DNA of 64,000 bases, taken from contig CAKOXP010000003.1 of assembly GCA_934130175.1 (NCBI GenBank), positions 27,494-91,493 of the forward strand, read 5' to 3'. This stretch comes from an uncultured Bacilli bacterium (lineage in GTDB: Bacteria > Bacillota_I > Bacilli_A > RF39 > UBA660). Numbering within the stretch: position 1 is the first letter of the stretch; each line of letters begins with the position of its first letter. The notes under the pieces are model-generated. The model saw only the letters and a list, made by a program, of their open reading frames with translations, was not told the DNA's origin and searched no databases. The position numbers and the translations under genes were made by a program. This document shows positions 49,607 to 57,892 of this stretch, in pieces.

Positions 49607-51271
49607 GTCTATAATTACTGGTAAAATGATTGGATTTCTTCCCGTAAGTTTAGAAATATATGAATATAACTCACTAGTTAGGTTTGACTTTATAGAAGCA
49701 AAAGTAGAATGATGATCGGATAGTTCTTTTCTTAAAATACTTTCTGCTTTTTCTTCTATTTTCTTTAATAGTTCTTCGTTTTCATTAATTAAAATAAATC
49801 CTCTAGTTGTTATATTTGGTTTAATAAGTAACTCATGACGTTTCATATCAACGTTAATGATGACTACTAAAATACCATCTCTAGACATCATTTGGCGGTC
49901 TTTTAATACAGCTCCACCAATTTCTCCAATACGATTACCATCAACATAAATGTCATCACCTGGCATTGATTCACTTCTAGTAATTTCATGATTTACCAAA
50001 GAAAGTGAATCACCATTCTTTAAGACAAAAGTATTTTCTTTAGGAATACCACAATCAATACCAATATTAGCATGTCTTTTTAACATTCTATAATCTCCAT
50101 GGAATGGCATTAAATATTTTGGTTTCAATAAACGGATAGCAAGTTTTAATTCATCTTCATTAGCATGACCAGATGTATGTAGGTCAGCTAAAGCAGTATT
50201 TGTATAAACTTTTACTCCCTTTAAATATAGTTTATTGATAGTTTTTGAAATACTTAAAGCATTTCCTGGGATAGCACTAGAAGAGAATATTACAATATCA
50301 TCAGGTCTTAATTTTATTTGACGATGAGTTCCATTAGATATTCTTGAAAGTGCTGCCAAAGGTTCACCTTGACTACCAGTACATAAAATTGTTACCTCAT
50401 TTGGTTTTAAATTATTTGCTTCTTCAGCGGATACTAATAATTCTTTGTGATTGATGTATCCTCCATTAATAGAAATATTGATATTATTTTCCATACTTCT
50501 ACCAAAAATACAAATCTTTCTGTTATGTTTATAACAAGTTTCAAATATATGTTTTAAACGATAAATATTTGAGGCAAATGTTGCGATTATAATACGATTA
50601 TTTTTATATCTATCAAACATTTCAGCTAAAGCCCCATCAACTTTTGATTCTGATGCTGAATATCCTTCATTTAAAGCATTAGTTGAATCACTTATTAATA
50701 AATCTACTCCTTCATGTCCAAGAGTTGCCATTTTATATAAATCAGCCATTGGTCCAATTGGAGTTAAATCTAATTTAAAATCTCCTGTAGTAACAATTCT
50801 TCCATTTGGAGTTGTTAAACTTATACCATGTGAATCAGGTATAGAGTGAGTTATTCTGAAGAATTCGACATTGATTTCTCCAAAAGTTAGTTTAGAATCT
50901 TCGGTATATACGAATAAATTATCATAACGAATATTTTTATCTTCAAGTTTTACAGCTATTAATTCCTTAGCCTGATTAGGTGCGTATATCGCAGGTATAT
51001 TTATCTGACTAAGTAAAAATGGTATCGCACCAATATGATCTTCATGACCATGAGTAATAAGTAAAGCTCTAATTTTATCTTCATTTTCCTTTAAGAAAGT
51101 AAAATCTGGTAAAACATAATCAACCCCTAACAAATCACTTTCTGGAAAACTAATCCCCGCATCAATAATAACAATATCGTCTTTATGCATTACACAATAC
51201 ATATTTTTACCGACTTCTCCTAAACCTCCTAAAACAACTACTTTTGTTTCATTTGGTTTATTATCTTTCAT
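49577..51271 (-). CDS. rnjA: Ribonuclease J (J1-like)
   Basis: Metallo-beta-lactamase HxHxDH (ITHGHEDHIG), beta-CASP and C-terminal domains; 564 aa. RBS AAAGGAG. Confidence 0.92.
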   Translation of the reverse strand: MKDNKPNETKVVVLGGLGEVGKNMYCVMHKDDIVIIDAGISFPESDLLGVDYVLPDFTFLKENEDKIRALLITHGHEDHIGAIPFLLSQINIPAIYAPNQAKELIAVKLEDKNIRYDNLFVYTEDSKLTFGEINVEFFRITHSIPDSHGISLTTPNGRIVTTGDFKLDLTPIGPMADLYKMATLGHEGVDLLISDSTNALNEGYSASESKVDGALAEMFDRYKNNRIIIATFASNIYRLKHIFETCYKHNRKICIFGRSMENNINISINGGYINHKELLVSAEEANNLKPNEVTILCTGSQGEPLAALSRISNGTHRQIKLRPDDIVIFSSSAIPGNALSISKTINKLYLKGVKVYTNTALADLHTSGHANEDELKLAIRLLKPKYLMPFHGDYRMLKRHANIGIDCGIPKENTFVLKNGDSLSLVNHEITRSESMPGDDIYVDGNRIGEIGGAVLKDRQMMSRDGILVVIINVDMKRHELLIKPNITTRGFILINENEELLKKIEEKAESILRKELSDHHSTFASIKSNLTSELYSYISKLTGRNPIILPVIIDIKKEVQTEV

Positions 51272-51442
51272 AAATACTCCTTTCTTTTTAAGTTAATTTT
51301 ATACACAAAAGAACTAACCAATCTAGATTATACACTAAAAGTTAGTTTTTGTAAATAAGTAGGCAATAATATATAAACCACTTTATAATTATTTGAATTT
51401 ATTTTATTTTCTTTTTATGATATAATTTTTCTAGGTGATAAC

Positions 51443-52516
51443 ATGGGAATTTTTAACAAACTAAAAAATATGTTCAAAGAAAAAAATACTGACTTAGAAG
51501 AAGAACAAGTAAGTAGTGAATCTAACAAGAAAGAAAACTTATCTTCTAAAAAAAGTCCTAGTGAGACAAAAAAACAAGATAAGAAAAAAAATAATGTCAA
51601 AAAATATGAAAAAGGTCTTACTAAATCAAGAGAAGGTTTTGTTTCAAAATTAGTAAACCTTACAAATAAGTATGACAAAATTAATGAGGATTTTTTTGAA
51701 GAGTTAGAAGAGATTCTAATAATGGCTGATATTGGTGTTAATACAGTTATGGAATTTATGGATAAATTAAGACTTCGTGTTAGAAATGAAAAAATAGAAG
51801 ATCCAGAAATATTAAAAGAAGTTATAGTAGATGAATTATTTATTATATATGTTAATGATGAGGTATTAGTAAATAAGATTAATTTTGCAAAAACTGGACC
51901 TACAGTTATCTTATTTGTAGGTGTTAATGGAGTTGGAAAAACAACAACTATTGGAAAAATAGCCTATAATTTAAAAGAAGAAGGTAAGAAAGTTTTATTA
52001 GTAGGAGCAGATACCTTTAGAGCTGGGGCAATAGAACAATTAAAAGATTGGAGTCAAAAAGTTAATGTTGATTTCTGTTCAAAAGAAGAAGGCAGTGATC
52101 CAGCTAGTGTTGTTTATGATGGTGTATCTAAAGCTATAAGCGAAAAATATGATGTTGTACTTGTGGATACTGCAGGAAGACTTCAAAATAAAGTTAACTT
52201 AATGAAAGAATTAGAAAAAATGAATAAAGTAATCTCTTCTTTGATAGAAGGTGGAGCTCATGAAACACTATTAGTTCTTGATGCGACTACTGGTCAAAAT
52301 GGAATTAGCCAAGCTAAAAGTTTTAAAGAAATTACTAATATAACAGGTATAGTTTTAACTAAGCTAGATGGTACAGCTAAAGGTGGAATCGTTTTAGCAA
52401 TCAAGGAAGAAGTAGGATTGCCTGTTAAATATATTGGTCTTGGTGAAGCTAAGGATGACCTAGAAGTGTTCGATATTGAAAAATATATTTATGGACTATT
52501 TAAAGATATGATGTAG
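51443..52516 (+). CDS. ftsY: Signal recognition particle receptor FtsY
   Basis: Charged N-terminal region plus the NG domain (GVNGVGKTTTIGK, DTAGR, TKLDG). Confidence 0.92.
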   Translation: MGIFNKLKNMFKEKNTDLEEEQVSSESNKKENLSSKKSPSETKKQDKKKNNVKKYEKGLTKSREGFVSKLVNLTNKYDKINEDFFEELEEILIMADIGVNTVMEFMDKLRLRVRNEKIEDPEILKEVIVDELFIIYVNDEVLVNKINFAKTGPTVILFVGVNGVGKTTTIGKIAYNLKEEGKKVLLVGADTFRAGAIEQLKDWSQKVNVDFCSKEEGSDPASVVYDGVSKAISEKYDVVLVDTAGRLQNKVNLMKELEKMNKVISSLIEGGAHETLLVLDATTGQNGISQAKSFKEITNITGIVLTKLDGTAKGGIVLAIKEEVGLPVKYIGLGEAKDDLEVFDIEKYIYGLFKDMM

Positions 52517-52523
52517 GTGTAAT

Positions 52524-52817
52524 ATGGAAGAATTTATTTATTATAATAACTTATATGACTGTTATAACTTACTATTAACAGAAAAACAAAGAAAATACTT
52601 TGAGGAGTATTATTTCAACAACTTAAGTTTGTCAGAAATAGCGGGAATTTATAATATAAGTAGAAATGCCTGTTATAAACAGATTCAAATAACAATAGAG
52701 AAATTAAAAGATTATGAAGAAAAGCTAGGTCTATATCAGAAAAATAAAAAAATAGAAGAATTAATTTCTATAGAAAAAGATGAAAATATTAAAAAGGTAT
52801 TAGAAAGTTTAATCTAA
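52524..52817 (+). CDS. ylxM: UPF0122/YlxM-family putative DNA-binding protein
   Basis: Small sigma-70 region-4-like HTH protein (LSLSEIAGIYNISRNACYKQI) in the canonical position between ftsY and ffh. Confidence 0.75.
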   Translation: MEEFIYYNNLYDCYNLLLTEKQRKYFEEYYFNNLSLSEIAGIYNISRNACYKQIQITIEKLKDYEEKLGLYQKNKKIEELISIEKDENIKKVLESLI

Positions 52818-52905
52818 TATCTTTTTTCTTTGCTTGTAAAAGTCATTAAAAAAATGTATAATCTAATTATAGAAAATAGCAAGTAAAAGAATAAGAGGGA
52901 TAAAT

Positions 52906-55053
52906 ATGTTTGATAAAATAGTATATATTAGTGATAGGTCTGCTAATATCAAATTAAAAGAAGGAACAGATGTAAAGATAAATTTAATGAACTTACACTT
53001 GATTTTTGAAGACAAAGATAAAAAAATACTAGGTGAAGTTGATGATGTTGATAAAGATCTTGTAAAAGCAAGATTCTTAGGAGAAATAGTAAATGGTAAT
53101 CTATTAGGTGGTGTTATCAGAAAACCATCACTAGATTCTACTATCAGAGTTATAACTAAAGAAGAAATTCCATTAATTGTTGGTTCAGAACGCCCTGGTT
53201 ATATGCCTTTAGGTGTAAGTCCTTTCTATAATGATTTTCCAGTTTACATGAATGTTAATAGTTTCTTTAGTAATCACTTTGCTATCTTTGGTAACAGTGG
53301 TTCAGGTAAAAGTTGTGGTGTCTCAAGAATTATTCAAAATATGTTTCATGATAAAAATTTATTTCCATATAAGGCAAATATATTTATGTTTGATTCCTCT
53401 GCAGAATACTATAGTGCATTTCGTAATTTAAATGCCATTAATCCTAACTTTAATTATAGATTTTATTCAACTAATGAAAAAGAAGGAATCGGAGAAAAAT
53501 TAAGAATCCCTATTTGGTTACTTAATGTTGATGATTTATCTCTTTTATTACAAATTACTAATCATTCTCAAATTCCAATCATTGAAAGAATGTTGAAACT
53601 AGCTTTAATATTTTCTGAGGATGGAGAACGTGCTGAAGCATATAAAAACCATTTAATCGCTAAGGCAATTATGTCAATTTTATATACAAATGAAACATCT
53701 CCTAATAAAAGAAATGAAATATTTACAATTTTAGGTAGTTGTTCTACAAAGCAATTTAATTTAGAAGCTCCAGTACAAGGCATTGGTTACACTAGAAAGT
53801 TTAGAGAGTGTTTCTTAATCGATTCTCAAGGGAATTTCTCCGAAAGTGTTTTATTAAATGAATATGTTTCTAGTTTTATAAAAGAAGAATTTGATTCATA
53901 TGAACCAAAGGGTGGAACTTATTATGACCTAGATACATTAGAAAAAGCCCTAAACTTTACTTTGATTAGTGAAGGATGGTTAAGAAATAAAAATACTTAT
54001 GGTGATGCTGTTACAATTAGAGTTAGACTTCACTCATTAATAGTAGGTGAGTATGCTAAATATTTTGATTACAAAGATTATGTTACTCAAGAGCAATATC
54101 TTTCATCTTTATTGATAGATGGTGGTAAAAAATATCAATTTGTTAATATTAACTTTGATGATGTTGATGACTGGTTTGCTAAAGTTATTACAAAGGTTTA
54201 TACAAGAATTATTTTTGATTTCTGTAAAAATCTAAAAGATAGAGCGACAATTCCATTTAATATTATTGTAGAAGAAGCTCATAGATATATTCAAAATGAT
54301 ACAGATAGATTCTTACTTGGATATAATATATTTGAACGTGTTGCTAAAGAAGGTCGTAAATATGGTGTCTTACTTGGTTTGATTTCTCAAAGACCAGTAG
54401 AATTATCAGATACAGTTATTTCTCAATGTTCAAGTTTCTTAATATTTAAAATGAACCATCCAACAGATGTTGAATATATTAGAAAAATGGTTCCAAACAT
54501 TAGTGATGAAATTGTTGAAAAACAAAAAACACTTCAGGCTGGTACTTGTTTAGGCTTCGGTATGGCTTTTAAAATTCCTTTAATAGTTAAATTGAAAATG
54601 CCAGATCCAGAACCAAGAAGTGGTAACTGTGACGTGTGTAGAATTTGGAACGGAAATAAGAATATAGTAGTAAATCAACAACAAGAGCCAGCTGTAAGTC
54701 CGACTATTCAAAATAAGGTTGAAGAACCAGAACTTATTTCTAGTTCTGTATCAGAAAAAAACGATAGTGGAATAACACTTACAAATCAAGTATTAGAAAA
54801 ACAAAATAACGTGATTAATTCTAATAATTGGAGGGCAGCAGTTACTTCTTCAGAAGTAGTATCAACTGTTCCGGTTGAAAAAGTAAAAGAAACAAACCAA
54901 CAAGTAATTGAAGAACCTCTTATTACTCCTATAAACGATGAAGAAGAACCTTCACTAATTACTGTTCCAATAAAAAATGAAAATACTCCATCTAACTCAT
55001 TAGATATCAATGATATTATTAATGCACCAGATGAAGATAATAATATAGAATAA
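52906..55053 (+). CDS. HerA/DUF87-family P-loop ATPase (FtsK-HerA superfamily) with ~150 aa low-complexity C-terminal tail
   Basis: Walker A FAIFGNSGSGKSCG. Walker B plus helicase-type motif IIVEEAHRYI. C-terminal DUF87/HerA signature LGLISQRPVELSDTVISQCSSFLIFKMNHPTDVEYI. N-terminal beta-barrel-like about 110 aa. C-terminal S/T/N/E/P-rich tail. Own extended -10 promoter (TGTATAAT at about 52850) and a weak terminator at about 55056-55075. Confidence 0.65.
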   Translation: MFDKIVYISDRSANIKLKEGTDVKINLMNLHLIFEDKDKKILGEVDDVDKDLVKARFLGEIVNGNLLGGVIRKPSLDSTIRVITKEEIPLIVGSERPGYMPLGVSPFYNDFPVYMNVNSFFSNHFAIFGNSGSGKSCGVSRIIQNMFHDKNLFPYKANIFMFDSSAEYYSAFRNLNAINPNFNYRFYSTNEKEGIGEKLRIPIWLLNVDDLSLLLQITNHSQIPIIERMLKLALIFSEDGERAEAYKNHLIAKAIMSILYTNETSPNKRNEIFTILGSCSTKQFNLEAPVQGIGYTRKFRECFLIDSQGNFSESVLLNEYVSSFIKEEFDSYEPKGGTYYDLDTLEKALNFTLISEGWLRNKNTYGDAVTIRVRLHSLIVGEYAKYFDYKDYVTQEQYLSSLLIDGGKKYQFVNINFDDVDDWFAKVITKVYTRIIFDFCKNLKDRATIPFNIIVEEAHRYIQNDTDRFLLGYNIFERVAKEGRKYGVLLGLISQRPVELSDTVISQCSSFLIFKMNHPTDVEYIRKMVPNISDEIVEKQKTLQAGTCLGFGMAFKIPLIVKLKMPDPEPRSGNCDVCRIWNGNKNIVVNQQQEPAVSPTIQNKVEEPELISSSVSEKNDSGITLTNQVLEKQNNVINSNNWRAAVTSSEVVSTVPVEKVKETNQQVIEEPLITPINDEEEPSLITVPIKNENTPSNSLDINDIINAPDEDNNIE

Positions 55054-55124
55054 AGGCATTTAATGTCTTTTTCTTTGTTTACTTATTTTTCTAATTCTTG
55101 TATAATAATTTTTAGGTGATAAAA

Positions 55125-56432
55125 ATGTTTGAAAGTTTAGGAGACAGATTACAAAATGTTATTCATAAAGTAAAAGGTTATGGAACAATTACTGAAGATA
55201 ATATTAAAGATATAATGCGTGATGTACGTCTTGCACTATTAGAAGCAGATGTTAACTATCAGGTAGTTAAAGAATTCACGTCTATCGTTAAAGAAAAAGC
55301 CTTAGGTGAAGAAGTTCAAAAAAGTATTAAACCAGGAGATTTATTTGTAAAAATTGTACAAGATGAATTAGTAGAACTTCTAGGAGGAGAGGCTAAACCT
55401 CTTAATCTAAATGGAAGTCCTGCAATTACAATGTTAGTAGGTCTTCAAGGTTCAGGAAAAACTACTACAACTGGAAAGTTAGCTAATTACTTAAGAAAAA
55501 AACATGCTAAAAAACCACTTTTAGTAGCATGTGATGTCTATAGACCTGCCGCAATTGATCAGTTAAAACAAATTGGTAAACAACTTAATATTGAAGTTTA
55601 TGAAGAAGGTAAAAAAGATCCTGTAGAAATATCTAAAAATGCAGTTAATTATGCTAAAGATAATGGTTATGACTATGTACTAATTGATACTGCAGGACGT
55701 CTTCATATCGATGAAGAATTAATGGAAGAATTAAAAAATATTAATGAGCAATTAAATCCTCAAGAAGTATTATTGGTAATAGATTCAATGATGGGACAAG
55801 ATGCAATTAACGTTATAACTGGTTTCAATGATAAATTACCTCTAACAGGGGTTATCTTAACAAAATTAGATGGTGATACTAGAGGTGGTGTTGCTCTATC
55901 AGTTAGACATTTAACTAATGTTCCAATTAAATTTATTGGTGTTAGTGAAAAGATGGATGGACTTGATTCTTTTGATCCAGAACGTATGGCAGGAAGAATT
56001 CTTGGAATGGGTGATATTGTTTCATTAGTAGAAAAAGCTCAAGATGCAATTGATGAAAAAGAAGCAGAAAAAACTGCTAAAAGAATGCAACAAGGGAAAT
56101 TTGACTTAGAAGATTTCTTATCAACTATGAAACAAATGAAAAAATTAGGACCACTAGAAAACTTAATAAAGTTAATTCCAGGAGCAAGAAAAATGGGACT
56201 TGATAGTGTCAAAATTGATCCAAAACAAATGGCTCATGTAGAGGCAATAGTATTATCAATGACTCCAAAAGAAAGAAGAAATCCCGAGATAATAAAGGCA
56301 AGTCGTAAAACAAGAATTGCTAAGGGTAGTGGTACTTCAGTTCAAGAGGTAAACAAACTATTGCAACAATTCGATCAAATGAAAAAAATGATGAAACAAA
56401 TGAGTAATGGTAATTTTAAAATGCCATTTTAA
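55125..56432 (+). CDS. ffh: Signal recognition particle protein Ffh (SRP54)
   Basis: NG domain (GLQGSGKTTTTGK, DTAGR, TKLDGD) plus a Met-rich M domain. Start ATG 55125 (RBS AGGTGA). Confidence 0.95.
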   Translation: MFESLGDRLQNVIHKVKGYGTITEDNIKDIMRDVRLALLEADVNYQVVKEFTSIVKEKALGEEVQKSIKPGDLFVKIVQDELVELLGGEAKPLNLNGSPAITMLVGLQGSGKTTTTGKLANYLRKKHAKKPLLVACDVYRPAAIDQLKQIGKQLNIEVYEEGKKDPVEISKNAVNYAKDNGYDYVLIDTAGRLHIDEELMEELKNINEQLNPQEVLLVIDSMMGQDAINVITGFNDKLPLTGVILTKLDGDTRGGVALSVRHLTNVPIKFIGVSEKMDGLDSFDPERMAGRILGMGDIVSLVEKAQDAIDEKEAEKTAKRMQQGKFDLEDFLSTMKQMKKLGPLENLIKLIPGARKMGLDSVKIDPKQMAHVEAIVLSMTPKERRNPEIIKASRKTRIAKGSGTSVQEVNKLLQQFDQMKKMMKQMSNGNFKMPF

Positions 56433-56506
56433 GAATAGACCTATAAGGTCTTTTTCTATTCCTATTTTATTGTAAATTATGTTAAAATAAATTTAGGTGA
56501 TGTAAT

Positions 56507-57838
56507 GTGAATATAGAGGAAAAAGCATTAAAGTTTGCTATTAAAGCTCACTATGGTCAGGTAAGAAAAAGTGAAAAGGATAAACCAATGATAGTTCATC
56601 CTATAAATGTAGGATATATTTTAAAAGAATATGATTTTGATGAAAATGTTGTTGCAGCAGGATATTTACATGATGTAGTAGAAGATACAAAATATGAAGA
56701 AAGTGATATTCTAAAGGAGTTTGGATCTGATATAGCTTCACTTGTTATGACAGCTAGTGAGCCTATAAAAAGTCTTCCTTGGGAAGAAAGAAAACAACAT
56801 ACAATTGACACAGTTAAAAATCTTGACTTAAGACATAAAGCAGTTGTTTGTGCAGACAAGATTAGTAACCTAGAAGATTTAATAATTCTTTCAGAAAAAC
56901 AAGGCAATTATGATTTTTCAGCATTTAATAGAGGTTATGATAGTCAAAAGTGGTATTATACAGAAATCTATAATTCACTAATACTTAATGACAGCCATCC
57001 TATGTTTGATAGATTAAAAAAACTATTAGATCATATTTTTTCAGGTAGTAAAGATAGCTATGTAGAAGAAGTTATCTATGATAATGATGATGAATATAGT
57101 AAAGTTTTAAAGCTTCATTATAAAAAGTTAGAATTAAACAAACTAAAAAATGTATTTGAAATTAATCCATACGTAATCGAATTTACTGGTACACCACGTA
57201 CAGGAAAAACTACCTTAATAAACAATTTAAAAGATTTCTTTAAAAAGGGTGGTTTTGATACAAGTATTTTAGAGGAGTTTACAACATCAGAAAGATATAA
57301 GAAAACTATTTTTCCAAAATTAAAAAATGAATACAAAAATGTTGTAAATATGGAAATTCCTAAATATGTTTTACAAGATTTAGAAGAAGAGTTACAAAAA
57401 AATAAAGACATAATTATTGTAGACAGATGTCTATTTGATAGATTAATTTGGGTAGATAGATTGTATCTAAAAGATGGTATGACTAAAAAAGAATATGATG
57501 ATTATAAAGAGTTTTATATTCCAAAAATCAAAGAAAAAATAAATATAATTATTTCAACTTATACTGATAGCCTTACTTCTATAAGAAGAGATTATAAAGC
57601 CAATTTATCTCTCGAAAAGAGGAGTTTCTTGAATGAGACCAATGTAGATGAATATAATAAATCATTATTTAATATGGAAAAAGTAGCTAAAGAAGAATCA
57701 ATTAATTTTCATATATTTGATACAACAAAAAAATCTGAAAGAGATATTTCTATTGAAGTTGCAAATAAAATTTTAGATGATATGAGAAAATTTTACTTAG
57801 TAGAAATAAATAAAAGAATTGGGCAAATAGTTAAGTAA
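56507..57838 (+). CDS. Fusion protein: RelA/SpoT-type HD hydrolase domain (small alarmone hydrolase-like) + P-loop nucleoside/nucleotide-kinase-like domain
   Basis: N-terminal ~180 aa ALKFAIKAHYGQVRKSEKDKPMIVHPINVGYIL...AAGYLHDVVEDT...EFGSDIASLV matches the (p)ppGpp-hydrolase HD domain, including the HD dyad. The C-terminal ~250 aa carries Walker A FTGTPRTGKTTL and an IIIVDRCLFDRLIWVDR segment resembling the dNK/NadR-type kinase DRS-like motif. GTG start at 56507 with AGGTGA 6 nt upstream. Confidence 0.6.
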   Translation: MNIEEKALKFAIKAHYGQVRKSEKDKPMIVHPINVGYILKEYDFDENVVAAGYLHDVVEDTKYEESDILKEFGSDIASLVMTASEPIKSLPWEERKQHTIDTVKNLDLRHKAVVCADKISNLEDLIILSEKQGNYDFSAFNRGYDSQKWYYTEIYNSLILNDSHPMFDRLKKLLDHIFSGSKDSYVEEVIYDNDDEYSKVLKLHYKKLELNKLKNVFEINPYVIEFTGTPRTGKTTLINNLKDFFKKGGFDTSILEEFTTSERYKKTIFPKLKNEYKNVVNMEIPKYVLQDLEEELQKNKDIIIVDRCLFDRLIWVDRLYLKDGMTKKEYDDYKEFYIPKIKEKINIIISTYTDSLTSIRRDYKANLSLEKRSFLNETNVDEYNKSLFNMEKVAKEESINFHIFDTTKKSERDISIEVANKILDDMRKFYLVEINKRIGQIVK

Positions 57839-57892
57839 TATTAACTATTTTTCTTTTTAGTGGTATAATCTTTATGGATAGAAGGTAATAAA

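Noticed and set aside
57839-57892. Possible M-box (Mg2+) riboswitch upstream of the MgtA-like P-type ATPase
   Set aside because: The intergenic region is only about 55 nt and holds just a -10 (TGGTATAAT) and an RBS, which is far too short for an M-box.
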